DNA of 64,000 nucleotides, taken from assembly GCF_009834535.1 (NCBI RefSeq), contig NC_045696.1:10728001-10792000 (forward strand), in the 5' to 3' direction. The position numbers were made by a program, and so were the translations under genes. This DNA is from Camelus ferus. Its lineage: Eukaryota. This document shows, piece by piece, positions 13,600-25,937 of the stretch. The first letter of the stretch is position 1. Every line of letters starts with the position of its first letter. The notes beneath the pieces were generated by a model, which worked only from the letters and a program-made list of their open reading frames with translations, did no database searches and was not told the origin of the DNA.

Positions 13600-15560
13600 G
13601 GCCCAGCCATAATTTATTGGAGAGGGTCCCGGGGCAGAGAAGGCCCTGTCTGTTTTTGTTTTAATGGTAATTTACAACGTGGGCTGCCCTCATGGTCACC
13701 TTCCCCTCCGCTCAAGGAGGTGAACACAATGTTTCCGTCTTGGTTGCCGCAGAAAGGGGCTTTCTCCCGGGGCGCCATGAATTGGCCACGGCTGCGCCCC
13801 TGACAGCGGGGCAGGGGGGCGATCACCCCACACAGATGAGAGCCATTAACAAAATGGAGTGTGCCATCTTCACAGCACAAATATTCTCCCTGACCATAAT
13901 ACCCTCTTAAGGAGACCTCAAGTGGCCCGGCCTTGTCAGCAGCTCTTCTAGAGACACCACCAATCGCTTTTACTGCTGCTGGCATTTGCAGGGAGGAGAG
14001 GCGGGAGGAAGGCAGGCCCCGAGAGCATCCCAAGAGATCCTGGCCCTTGTGGCCTATTGTTCTTTCTCTCGAAGACAAAGAACCTCCCAAGCCTTTCTCT
14101 AGCGAGTTGCTTAAGCTTCATCAATAAATCAGAGTCTAGTTCGAGCTATTCAGAGGCTGCCGAGAAATCCCGAAGGCTCTCCGACACATCTCCTTTCTAG
14201 GATGTGCAGGATAGGGGAGATTTTTCTGCCTCACGCGTTTTGTTTGAATTCCGCCCCCCCTCCCCTTTTCTTTGTCGCTTTTCTCTTTTCTGTCCGGCTC
14301 CGTGTGGAACAGAAGATGCGTTTGTAGGCCTGAATCAGGGGAACTGTTTCCATCATCAGACCAGTCACGCCTGTCCCTCCCCTGTTGTAAAACACCAGCC
14401 CGGCCGGGGAACAGCGGCCCCATTGTGCGGCCCCCCGTACCACCCAGATTTCACCTCAGCCTTCGCTGAGCCCCCTTTTTGTTCCCAGTCAAAAGAAAGC
14501 ATTTGCTCAGGGGAGGGGAGGGATGTTCCTATTGCTTCCACGAACATGGAGGTTAAAGGGAAGATTGATGGGAGAAAGTTCACCTAGAAAACCAGGATAA
14601 ATTTCTTGCCGGCCAAGGCCAGTTGTTTCATTGTCCTGGGGCCATGTTTTTTGTTAATTATCTCTCACTCTCTCCTTTTATCAAGGAGAAGGGTAGCAAA
14701 GCGGGGAGAAAGGAACAGGATATAGGGGTCAGGGGTCCCATGGGCCACCTAGGTGTTCCATTCTAAGGGCTAGGGTGGGTGAGGCCGAGGGTGAGGCTTA
14801 TCCAACTTGGGGGTGGAGAAGAGTGGTGAGCATCAAAATCATAACAAATTTAATGCTGCTGCTTATGGTGGAAACGGCCCACCGCGCGGCCCTGGCTCCG
14901 GCCCCCTGTACCCTTTCTCCAGCTCCCAGGGTCTTTATCTTCTTTCCAGCCCTTGGCCTGTTGCCCCCAACCACCCACCCACCCACCCACACACACACAC
15001 ACATACACACACACACACACTTTTCCTTTTTTAATTTTAAGCCCCATGAAACTGTAAGGGAGATTTTGGAATGAAGTGGGGAGGGGGAGACAACAGCGAG
15101 AGAAAGGCTAGGAAAGTTGGTCCAAACAAGAACATGTTGTCAAGGAAATAAACCTTGGTGAGAGCAGGCATGAGACCACAGCTGCTGCACTTGGCGGGTC
15201 TCAGACCCTGGTGGTAATGACAATGATTCTTAATGGCAGCGCCCCAGCTCCAAACATAAATAGGGCTCAGCCTGAAAGGAGAGGAAATGGAACAAAACAG
15301 TTCCTTGGGTACCACTGGCAAAGAAATAACATCAATTTCAATTTGGGGGGGAAGGAAAGCCAAAGAATCTCCCTGTTTCCCCACATTAGCAAAGGCAAAT
15401 TCATAACTCGCCAACAAAGTACCTTTGAAATGCAGCTGCACTCCACGAACACACTGCCTTTTTCCACCCAGAGAGACAACCCTGTCTTGACCAGAAAGAA
15501 AGGAGAAAGAAAAAAAAGCACACACTATTGAAAACCCACCAGAGAGGGTAAAGGAAGAGG
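13600..15560. promoter_or_regulatory. CpG-enriched, repeat-free candidate regulatory block
   Basis: About 19 CpG counted by eye in 14101-14470; TAAT, SOX (aacaaag, acaatg) and TCF (cctttgaa) motifs; no transposon recognised. Confidence 0.45.
14970..15020. repeat. (CCCA)n/(CA)n microsatellite
   Basis: Directly visible. Confidence 0.9.
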
Positions 15561-17164
15561 GGAGGGGGGATGCTGGGGGCTGGAGGCGGAGAGGGAGGGG
15601 AAAAGTGTGGATCTTGGCAGATGCGAAAGATAAGCTCTACCTAATATAATGCAACCTTCTTTGCCTTTCCAAGAGGAGGCCTGCGATGAATGGCCACACA
15701 GATTCTGGGGAGAGGGGGTGCTCACAGGCAGCTGTTGGACAAAAGCAACCATGTGGCCAGGAAGGAAGGCTACTGGCTCCCAGGTATCAGGCTCTTGGCT
15801 CCCAGTGTCCCCGAGGAGCAGAGCAGCTGCTGCCCCCCTGGGGACATCTCCCGCTACGAGGCCAGAGCCAGGATCCCAGTGGTCCAGGGATATGTCTCTA
15901 TGACAGCACTTTGGGATGAAGCACAAAGATGGAATTCTGGGTGCCTGCTTCCCCACCAGGCTCTCTGGGGTAAGCACCGAGCCGGCTAGGCCAATCCAGC
16001 TTCTACAGATAAGAAAAAGGTGGTTCAAAGTAGGAACACAAAATTCGGCCCCACCAATGTGATGCTTTGCCTCTAGCCTGACAGATTTCAAAACTTGTTT
16101 CTCCTCTACCACCAAGAAGATTCTGGTGCTGAGCACCAGGGACGAGTCCTAATCACAGTATGATTTCTGATTCTGCCATCTCCTGTCACCCTCCTGGGGG
16201 ACTCCACTAGTAGGCAGCAGGGGAAATCCTGGAAGACATTTCCATATCCTGGTGGCTTGTAACTTAACTAGAGAGAAGTGACGGCAAAGCACACAAATAA
16301 ATCCCACTAACCCTACCCCGCAACTCAACTGCCCCTTGGCTGCCCCCCCAGATGCTCTCAGCCACTTCAACACCCACCAAAACAGGAAATTGGGAAAGAG
16401 GCAGAGTAGAAAGCGACGGTGATCTCAATGGATTGTGGTTAAAACATCTAACAGATGCAAATTTTATGAAAACGTACGACCACATGAACAAGTTGGAAGG
16501 GCCTTTCCCAAGCCTTGGAAGGGACCATGCAAATGAGGGTCCATTAAGCTTCAGCCTTACTAGCTTCACTAGAAAGTGGCCTCTGCCCACATGGGTGACT
16601 TGGTCAATGTCGGTATCTGCACGACTGGGTCCTGATCATTTTCACAGTGCACCTCCTCCACGAAGCCTTCCCTGATATCCTGGGGAGAAACCCTGAATCT
16701 CAACAGAGTATTTTTTACACGGCTTGATCCTCACTGGGGTCCCAGGGACTATAAGTTGCTGTGGGACATGAATTAAGTCTTCCTCCCAGAGCAGCAATTA
16801 CAGTCACTCGCACCTGGGTCTCAACAAGCACATGCTGAAAACAAGAGAATGAATGAGTAAGAGACACCAGGTAAAACCCCAGGCTTAGCCGGCTTCTGGA
16901 AAGAAGATTTGCACTTCCCTACTCTGCTTTGGGGGTGGGATGAACGGGACTTGGCATGAAGAGCAGTACTGGGGAGAGACAACCCCTTGTCACCGAAATT
17001 CCTTGTCCCAAGGTGCCCAGTGACTGTGCCCACCCTGAACCCCCTGTTCATTCACAGGGCCTGAAAGCCACTGGGTAGGAGGAGTTTTATTTTCATGAGT
17101 GTCTTGTCTGTTAGTTCCTGTGCTGGGGGCTGGGAATTGCCCAATGAATGAGGGAATAAATTTG

Positions 17165-17315
17165 GGCTAAGCATTTTGTAGAAGCTCATATGATCTACAT
17201 GATGAGACTCATTATGGACGAGGAAATGAAGGTCTGGAAGAAGTTAAATGACTTGTTGAGCGTCACACAGCTCCGAGGAGACTGGAGTTGGGACGTGAAC
17301 CCAGGTCTGCCTGCA
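17165..17315 (-). mobile_element. MIR SINE
   Basis: gaggaaatgaagg...gaagttaaatgacttgttgagcgtcacacagct...gtgaacccaggtctg. Confidence 0.75.
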
Positions 17316-18387
17316 GACACTGATAAGCTCAGAGCCCAGTTGGGAAGGGAGCACAGGAACAGATTAGTACACGGTGGGGTGAGCGTTCAACAGGAGAATG
17401 AACGCACACATGCTCTCTGAAGAGAGAGGAAGGAGTGGGTGGTTCTGCTGGGGTGGGACCTAGGGAGAGAGGATTTGCAGGGCAGGGTGAGTGAGAAGTT
17501 TCCTTTTTTCCCTCAGTTTTCTCTTCACCCAGGTCTGTGGCTTTGGGGCTAGATGACTTTCCACCCAACTGTGCAGGTCAGATTCATGTGTGTTCCACCA
17601 CGATTTGGAGAAGAACCACGTGGAGACCCAGTCTTGCTTGCCAAGGGGCAATCTCTATAGCCCAGGCTACTTCCGTATACACTTTTCCTGAATTTTATTA
17701 TCCAAGGTCACAAGGGGTGGGGGAGGGCAGGAAATGAAAATGTTTTGAGGGCAGTGAGAGAGACAGAGATGGGGCTAGTGGGGCAGGGGCTGGGGGAAGA
17801 TGGAAACCAGTGGTCGCCACGTTCTGAATTGGCCACTGACACTAATAGATCCTCTCCTTGAACAAGCTACTAACCATCCCAAAGGCCCCCACTCACACAA
17901 TTCCTCCCCCAAATGAAGGGTCCACTCTGGCAAATTACCATACCTTTCTCTGGTTTGCCCTTCCCAGTACTTGACGGTCCCTGTCTTCCCCTAACCCAGC
18001 CATGGTGCCTGGAAAGGCCATCAGCTGGATCCCAGTCTCTCCTGGACTTGGGGGTCATCATCAATGGCATAGTCCAGCTGCGAGCAATACTGTGTGACTC
18101 ACAGCCCCACGGGAGTCAGTAGTGTCCTGGTCCAGTCAGAAGCCAGGGCTGATCCATTCCTGATGGGAGCTAACGGCGAATAAAAATGCCGCTTCCTTCC
18201 TTTTCTAATGGCTTGGGCTGAGTTCCAGCCCTTCCTCTTGGGTAGCAGGGATGGAAGGCGGAGTTAGATCTGCGCACCATCTGTGCTTCCTGCTTTATAC
18301 TTTTCCATTACCCACATGGGTGGGGCCTTACAATATTGAATCTACATGTTCTTGTTTCTCATGCCCTCCTAGCCGCAAACACCAGGT

Positions 18388-18403
18388 GCGCCATCTGCAG
18401 TGG
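18388..18403 (-). promoter_or_regulatory. Possible CTCF site
   Basis: Minus strand reads ccactgcagatggcgc, a partial match to the CTCF core. Confidence 0.35.
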
Positions 18404-18570
18404 TGATGCGGCGGAGCTGCGGAGAGAGGGGGTGTCCACCCAGCTGAGGCAGGTTTACTTCCCTAATAACAGTGGCTATGCTTCCATGATGCTGACACAT
18501 TTTCTTAGACCCTCTTGGGTCTAAGAGGTCTATAAACGGCCACATTTGGCTCAGCCATCCATTCCATAGA

Positions 18571-18652
18571 TTTTTTTTTTCTTTTTTAAAATTGAAGTGT
18601 AGTCAGTTATAAAGTGTCAATTTCTGGTGTACAGCACAATGTCCCAGTCAAT
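18571..18652 (-). mobile_element. Extremely 5'-truncated young L1 (~80 bp)
   Basis: polyT plus aattgaagtgtagtcag...tttctggtgtacagc; TSD ttcca(t/c)agattttt at 18562-18575 and 18653-18666. Confidence 0.85.
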
Positions 18653-19399
18653 TTCCACAGATTTTTCATAGTATGTCTGCTCTGAGCTACTGTGTCACGG
18701 AAATTATATTTTTAAGAAGGAAGAGTATTTGAGCTGGGCTGGCCACAAAGAGTTAGATATTTAGGGATTTTTCTTTTAACCACACCATCTGCAAAGTGCA
18801 TTGACAAATGACTTCCCCATTTCTGTGCCGGCGGAGTATTTCCATAAAACAGAGCCAGGCCTAATGCGAAATTTACAAAAGGAATGAGAGACTCTTGCCC
18901 CCTGTTATTTTACTTTCACTCCTTTATCTTTTCTATCCCTATTCAAGGTCGCTTGAGACATAGTGAAAAACAAAACAAAACAAAACAGAAAAGCCACTGT
19001 GAAATAATTGGAAGTCTTTGCAAGAGGTCACAGAGAGTAAAATCTTTGCTGCTCAAAATCAGTACTTTAGGCATTGATAAAATAAGTGAGCATTCGTTTC
19101 CCTTTGTCTTAATCTTTCAACAAAGTTTCAAGCTTTGTGAGTATGTAAATGTATTCATAAAATGAAAACTAAGTTGTCTGATTCTGGGGTACTCACAGGA
19201 TTCCAGTTGTTACAGGACCAATTTCTTTGTTCTCAGTATTAAAGTTTAGAGTGTTCACAGATATTCAATATACGGAGGTATTTAGCACCACTAAGAAATT
19301 ATTTGATTTGGCTTGATTTCCTGTTTTCTTTTCCTTTCTTTATGTCCTACGTGTTATTAAGTAATCAGAGTGATGCAGTTACTTATTATAATACTCCCG

Positions 19400-19990
19400 T
19401 GGGTATATTATTTAATCTCAATCAATTGAGACTGGCTAAATAAAAATACAGGAAATCCTATAACTCAGTGCTGATGAGACCATGGGGGAAGCAGATATTT
19501 CATCCTTTGAAAACTGGTACAATGCCTTTTGAGGGCGTTTGGCAATCAATGCAGGTCATAGGTCATAAAAATGTTTGTACTCTTTGACCCTGTAATCTCA
19601 TTCTTTGGAATTTATTTCAAGGAAGTAATTTAAAAGAAGAAATGGTGTATGTATTGATATATTTATAGCAGCATTATTTATGATAGTAAAAAACTGAGAA
19701 TAACCTAAAGGTTTAGCAATAGGCGATGGATAAACAAATCATTAAATATTGATATAATGGAATATTAACTATTACTAAAAAATGACAAAGGTGATAATTA
19801 TTTAGGACTATGGAAAAGAACACAATGTCATATTTACAGAATTACTGAAATGATGTTAAAACATTACACATGTAAGTAAAAATCCAAAGAGAACAGAGAA
19901 TGAAATGGAGGAATGAAAACTGTTGTTTTATAAGATAGTAGAAATATGGGCAAAATTCCTTTAAATTGAAAATGGCCATTTTTTATATTT
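19400..19990 (+). mobile_element. Ancient L1 (L1ME-type) fragment
   Basis: tactctttgaccctgtaatctcattctttggaattta..., atttatagcagcattatttatgatagtaaaaaactg. Confidence 0.65.
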
Positions 19991-20020
19991 TCACCTTTGT
20001 CTAACAACAAATGTTAGTTT

Positions 20021-20176
20021 TTTAAAAAAATTTATTAATTTCAATTTTTTTTTTTTTGGCGGAGGAGGGAGGTAATTAGGTTTATTTATCTATTTTAGAA
20101 GAGGTACTGGGGATTGAACCCTGGACCTCATGCATGCTAAGCATGCTGTCTACCACTTGAGCTATACCCTCCCCCT
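20021..20176 (-). mobile_element. tRNA-derived camelid SINE (vic-1-like), long form
   Basis: gaggtactggggattgaaccctggacctcatgcatgctaagcatg...gagctataccct; TSD acaaatgttag at 20007-20017 and 20177-20187. Confidence 0.9.
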
Positions 20177-21353
20177 ACAAATGTTAGCTTTAATTTGGGA
20201 GAGACCTTCTAAAGCATTGCTACAGTATTAAGTGTTTCTATTACCCCATTTACCTGTTAATCTTCATCCCTTGTCAAGTAACTTGAGTTCCCACTTTTGA
20301 ATTAAATCATTAACAAAGAGACTTCAATCAGAACAAAATAGGGTTGGCCTATGGGTAAAATAGCTCATCTTGATATTGAAGGACCTTAAACCCAGGTAAA
20401 GGGAGTGACAGCCCTGTCCCCTCCAGCTTGCTGCTTCTACTCCCAGCCAGGGACGCATCCTGGCAGCTGGACATATACGACTTCTCGGACTGTGCTGCCT
20501 TCACCCAGGAGAGGGACTGGGGGTCTGGTTTTTCAATATTCCCAAACCAGCTTTCTTTAAGAGCAAGGGGGACCAGCCACCAAATTTAAAACAAACACAG
20601 AAAAAGAATCAACGTTTTCTGTTCCGTCCTCTGCACATTGAATGGGGAATCTGTTCAGAGTCTGTGGGTGAACGACGCCCACTGCTCTCAAAATTAATAT
20701 CTGAGTTGCTCACAGAGGACAGGACTGGGCCTTGTATGTTGCAGCGGAGGACACTGAGAGCTTTATAACACAGACAATAGCAGGGCTGTGCAGGGAAAGA
20801 AAAGGCGTCGCATGTTGGTGGGATATGGCTTCTTGCCCCCAGACTGGTGGGTCGCCCTTCTCCTTTGCTCTGTGCAAGGAGCCGCTTGCCTCCCAGACCC
20901 AGGGCCTGTTCTCTGAGGGTCCTCATCAATCACGCGTCCTGTTTGCTCCACGCTGGCCTGATCGGGTCCAGCCCACCAGCTGCTGTGGAGACGTCTGTGT
21001 CGGTGCCTGCCAAGGGGGGGGGGGGTCACAGATGTGTGTGAGATGAGGGATGGGGCCAGATGCTGCTGGGAGCCTCTTCTAAGCAGCGTGCTCCCAGCCA
21101 GCCTATCTGCAGAGAAAACTTTGCTCCACTGAGTAGAGAGGGCCCGCTGCCTTTCCGTCAGTGGGGATACTCACATGGACTTTGTGGAAGACTGCAAGTA
21201 ACACCTGAGTATCAGGCATGAAAAAGCAAAAGGGGTTTCATGTTAATTACGTTTCAAATTACTAACACTTATTTCATATGGTGGCAAAATTTGTTGTAAA
21301 ACTAACAATTTTAGGCAAAAAACTAATTTAAAATGCTTGTACATGTCCCTGCC

Positions 21354-21637
21354 TTTTTTTTTTTTTTCGATCTTCTTTTTTTAAAATTGAAGTATAGTCA
21401 CTTTACAATGTTGTGTCAATTTCTGGTGTACAGCATAATGCTTCAGTCATACTTATACATACATATATTCCATTTCATATTCTTTTTCATTATAGTTTAC
21501 TACAAGATATTGAATATAGTTCCCTGTGCTCTACAGTAGAAACTTGTTTATCTATTTTATATGTAATAGTTAGCATCAACAAATCTCGAACTCCCAGTTT
21601 ACCCCTCCTGACCCCCTTACACCTCTGGTAACCATAA
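21354..21637 (-). mobile_element. Young L1 3' end
   Basis: polyT plus aattgaagtatagtcactttacaatgttgtgtcaatttctggtgtacagc...gatattgaatatagttccctgtgct. Confidence 0.85.
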
Positions 21638-22623
21638 TCAGAGTTTTATAAATACAGATTCTACTTTTCCTGATGGCTTTTCGTTAGAATTTTAAGCTTA
21701 TTTGTACATACATGAAGAGCCTGATTTTTGTTTTTTGGAATCGTTTTTCTGTTTGTTTGTTTGCTTGTTTGTTTTCTGTTTTATGCTGCCCTCTTTCCTT
21801 ATCAACGATTCTTTCTTATAGCGCCTGGACCTATCCTTTCATATTTTCAGAGGGAAATAAATACCTTTTATTTACTCAAAACCAGCAACATTTATTGAGC
21901 CCCTAATCAAGACTTCGGTATAATGTGAGATCTTAACCGTGAAGAGAACACATAGATGTTGAATATTTAGCTACCCACCTCCATGGATTGGCTGGGAGGT
22001 CGTAACTGGACCCTTTGGCTCAGATCCTTGCAGGTTGTGAAGGCTAATTACAGGTCAGTATGGTCAGCTAAGCACACTTGTTTAGTACTGTGGGCCTGAC
22101 CCACTTTCTGGTTTGCATGTTTTATTTCTGAATAGAGAAACAGATACTTGACATGTGGTATCGCTGGTCTGGTACAAGTAAAAGGCAGATACCAGAGAGA
22201 GAGCATAAAGAAGTTTTAGCAAGACAATGATGTGCATATATATATATGACATATATATGATGTATGTGATATGTGTACATACATGTATATAGGTATATAT
22301 CGCTGCTTTCTATACAAATATCTGCTCATTTTTCTAGATTGGGTCCTCCTCTTCTTCCTCTTTTTTTCCTCCTCTTCTTCCTTTTTCACCACATCATTAG
22401 ATTCTACTTGGGTAGCCCTGGTAAATAAGGACATGACCATATAAATAGAGCTGCAAGAATCAATTCTGAGGCTAAACAAAAGATATTAATAATACTCTCC
22501 TTTTGCAGAACCCTGAGAAAGATAATTTTATTGTTCCAAAATAGAAACAAAAATGAGGGAGAAAGAGAAAAGGCATCTTTCTTTATTTCCTTCTCTCTTT
22601 ATGTGGATCTCAGACAAGGCGCT

Positions 22624-22694
22624 TCCCAGGCCCGGCACCCCTGGCCACAGCTGGATATCCCAGGCCTGGCACCCCTGGCCACAGCTGGATATCC
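22624..22694. repeat. 34-bp tandem duplication
   Basis: tcccaggcc(c/t)ggcacccctggccacagctggata present twice with one mismatch, followed by tcc. Confidence 0.95.
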
Positions 22695-23526
22695 ATGGGG
22701 CACTGGGTCTCACTTCTTCTCCATTTGGTTTCGTTTTCCTCATCCTTCATTTCTAATTCTAATCCATTGAAAATCTACTTGTTTCTTTAAAAGGCAACAA
22801 AAAAGGAGAAAAATATCCTTAGGGAGGAGAAATCCCCAATCACCGTTTCCTGAGAGGCAGATCCAGTTTGTAATTAAATTCTTCGGCAACATCTGTAGAC
22901 GTCAGTACCTGTGACTTACAAGGGGCAGCATTAATCAGTCAATCTCAGAACACGGTTTATTTCATTACTTAGGCCGGTGTCCTTTCATCCTCCCGCAATG
23001 GTCTGTTATTCTTAAGTCACATGGAATATGGCTGTGATTCTTGGGAGAAAACTAAGTCACACTAAAGTATGAAGCAAGGTTCCACTTCTGGCTCTGAAAA
23101 CCCCAAGCTGCAGTGTCCAGCTGTCAGACAGCTGGTGGAAGAAATCAGCTCTATCAGCTCTTTCCTGGCACATTGGATTTCCAGGAGAAGTGAATGGCTA
23201 TGAGGCTCCTGCGCCCTCCACAAACTTCAAAGCCCCCATTAATATCATCTTGGCATTTAGCTGAGGTTAAACTATTGCTTTGGAGGACAAAAAGCACTGC
23301 TCTGAGTGCTTAAGCAGAAATGGAGTATTTACATAGTCTCAAAGTATTCAATAATCACACAGGGAAAAATAGTAAGTTTACAGTGGAGAACCTGGCAGAT
23401 AACACCTTAGCCAAGTGGTCAGGGTAGACATGCCGAGCTGAGGACTGAAACCTCTGGTTTCTCTCCCAGTGATGCAGAACCCCAGTCTAATCATGAGAAC
23501 ACATCAGACAAACCCAAATGGAGGCA

Positions 23527-23858
23527 TGCCATGGATTGAGTGTTTGTGTCCCCCTGGCTGAAGCCCTTTGTTGAAACCTTAGTCCCCAGTGTGATGGTAT
23601 TTGGAAATGGGGCCTTTGGATGGTGATTAGGTCATGAGGGTTGTACCCTCATGAATGAGATTAGTGTCCTTACAAGACAAGATATGAAAGCGATGTTCTC
23701 TCTCCACATATGAAGATACAAGAGGAAGGTGGGTGTCTGTAAACCAGAAAATGGGTCCTCACCAAAAACTTCCAGCCTCCAGAACTGTGAGAAATAAATG
23801 TTGATTGTGTAAGCCTCCCTGTCTATGGTGCTTTGTTAGAGCAGCCCGAGCAAAGACA
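23527..23858 (+). mobile_element. MaLR solo LTR (MLT1A0-like)
   Basis: tgccatggattgagtgtttgtgtccc...gattaggtcatgaggg...ccagcctccagaactgtgagaaataaatg...aagaca. Confidence 0.85.
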
Positions 23859-24080
23859 GGGGGCATCCTACAAAGTACCTGACCAGTACTCTTCAAAAAA
23901 GTGTCAAGGTCATAGAATCAAGGAAAGACTATGCAACTCTCATCGACTGGAGGAGGCTAAGAAGGCTAAGAAGATGTGATGACTCGATGCAATCTGGTGC
24001 CCTGGATCAGACCCTGGACCAGCAGAAGGACATTGGTGGAACACTGATGACAAGTGGTAAGTTCCGTACTTTAGTGAATA

Positions 24081-24522
24081 TGAGACTGGAAGAAAGGGAG
24101 CAGGGCACAACCACTGAAGTGATGACACAGCCGCTGAGGACAGGACAAACTGGTTAGAACCAAGATGGCACAAGCATTGACTTCCAGTAGACCTTGAGCC
24201 TCATGGCACACCCACAGGTGCCATGACATTTCCTAAGCTGACCAGAAAAGGTCCAAAAATGGGTGGGAGCCCAGTTCCTGGAAAGCTCTGCTCCTTCTCC
24301 GACAGAGCTGGAATAATCCTCCCACTTGTTAGCATACGACATTATGGAGCCCATAAAAACTAACAACTCTGCACCTCGCGGTCGTTCTCTTTCTTGCCTT
24401 CGGAGATGGCTTGCACTCGGTCCATGAGTGTGTATCTCTCTAAATAAACTTGCTTTCACTTTACTAAGCCTCGCTCTTAAATTCTTTCCTGTGTGAAGCA
24501 AGAACCCTATTCTCTGGCAACA
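24081..24522 (+). mobile_element. ERV1 solo LTR, MER41-like
   Basis: TG...CA termini, AATAAA followed by cttgctttcacttt, ctcgctcttaaattctttcctgtgtgaagcaagaacc; 4-bp TSD aata/aaca. Confidence 0.8.
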
Positions 24523-25549
24523 AACAGTATCATGTAGAGGTTAGTTTCTTAATTTTGATTGATGCTGTAAGGTTATGTAAGAAAAGGGGGGCTGAGTGAA
24601 AGGCTTACAGGAACTGTGTACTATTTTTGCAACTCTTCTGTAGATATAACTTAATTTTATTAAAAAAAAATATTGCTGTAACTCAAAATGGCCAAGTGCA
24701 ATCAGAAATGTCTATCAGCATTTTGGGGAGCAAGTGAACAAAACTACATCGGGCTTATAAGAAAGAAAATTGCTTCTTTTATGAAGAAGCTGCCAAGGAG
24801 CCTTAACGAATATTAGGCAGGCTTAGTGCCCTCAATGTGGGAAAGAAACCAATAAATTATCCAGAATGCTAAGGAGATTATCAATGGTTTTTATTCCTCT
24901 ATCCTGTTTACATCTCCCTGCTCATTAGAAGTAATAAAGATGAGCAGGTTGAAACCAGAGTTAGTCTTAATTTACTATTCCCGCTTTGTTTATCGTCCTG
25001 TAAAACTTCCAAAAGCTTGGCTTTACCTTTAATTCAATAGCAAGAACCAAATTGAAGTAATCAAATCAAGCTACTGTTATTATGTAAAGCTATTTTCTTG
25101 GACCCCTGCTTTGAGTAAATGATTCCTATTAACATGCAGATTTGCTGGGGATTACCAGAAAGGCTCTCAAAATAATCATCAGAAGATGTCTTTCTAAAGA
25201 ATACTTTTCTTTCTGACTTGGATCAGGATTCAGTCCATAAATCTCTCCCTTCTTCTACTCAGGGACAATCCGGGACTCCTCCGTGACCAGGATGGGAAAA
25301 TGGGGACTCCTCATTCACAGAGTTGAACAAAAATGAAAATACAGATCAGGCTCCCTCCCCCTCCTCCCTGCCTCACATTCTGCTGATTTTAGAGTTCTGT
25401 CACAGTCCGTTCATAGGAAGGAAATTCAGGAGGGTCAGGATTAACATTGTATGTGTGTATAGAGAAGACAGGAGGAAGGTGGGAGTTCTCTGGCACGTTT
25501 TTACTTGACTGCATTATTTAATACAGAATTTCACATAATGGAGAATGAG

Positions 25550-25750
25550 CGGCAGCCTAGTGCTGTGATCTAGGAGGAAGGGCCCAGGAGTCAGACTTAG
25601 TAAAGTGAAACACCTCTGCTGTTATTTACCGTTAGTGAGTTACTTAAACTCTCTGGGCCTCAGTCATCTTCACTGTGAAAAGAGGATATTAGTTACGCCT
25701 ATCTTTTAGGCTATTGTCAAGATTAAATGAGCAAATCCATATAAGAGCTA
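25550..25750 (+). mobile_element. MIR SINE
   Basis: ggagtcagac...agttacttaaactctctgggcctcagt...ctattgtcaagattaaatgag. Confidence 0.8.
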
Positions 25751-25937
25751 ATCATGAAAGGATGACTACTGAAAACTAAGAAATTTTCTATCTTTTAAAA
25801 AGTTTATATATATTTATGTAAATATATGCAAATACATGTATATACACATATGTTATGTATATATGTGTGTGTATATATAAAATCTTCAGTATATTTATTT
25901 CTAATGGGGGAACATTGGACACAATCTCAGTGCTGAA

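Larger units (their letters stand above)
23335..24670 (+). mobile_element. L1MC-type 3' UTR hosting two solo LTRs
   Basis: tttacagtggagaacctggcaga..., catcagacaaacccaaat | MLT1A | ...ctgaccagtactcttcaaaa... | MER41-like | ...gtactatttttgcaactcttctgta plus A tail. Confidence 0.8.

Noticed and set aside
15525..16136. 203-aa minus-strand ORF, the longest in the track
   Set aside because: Non-ATG start, no recognisable domain or exon structure; expected by chance in GC-rich DNA.
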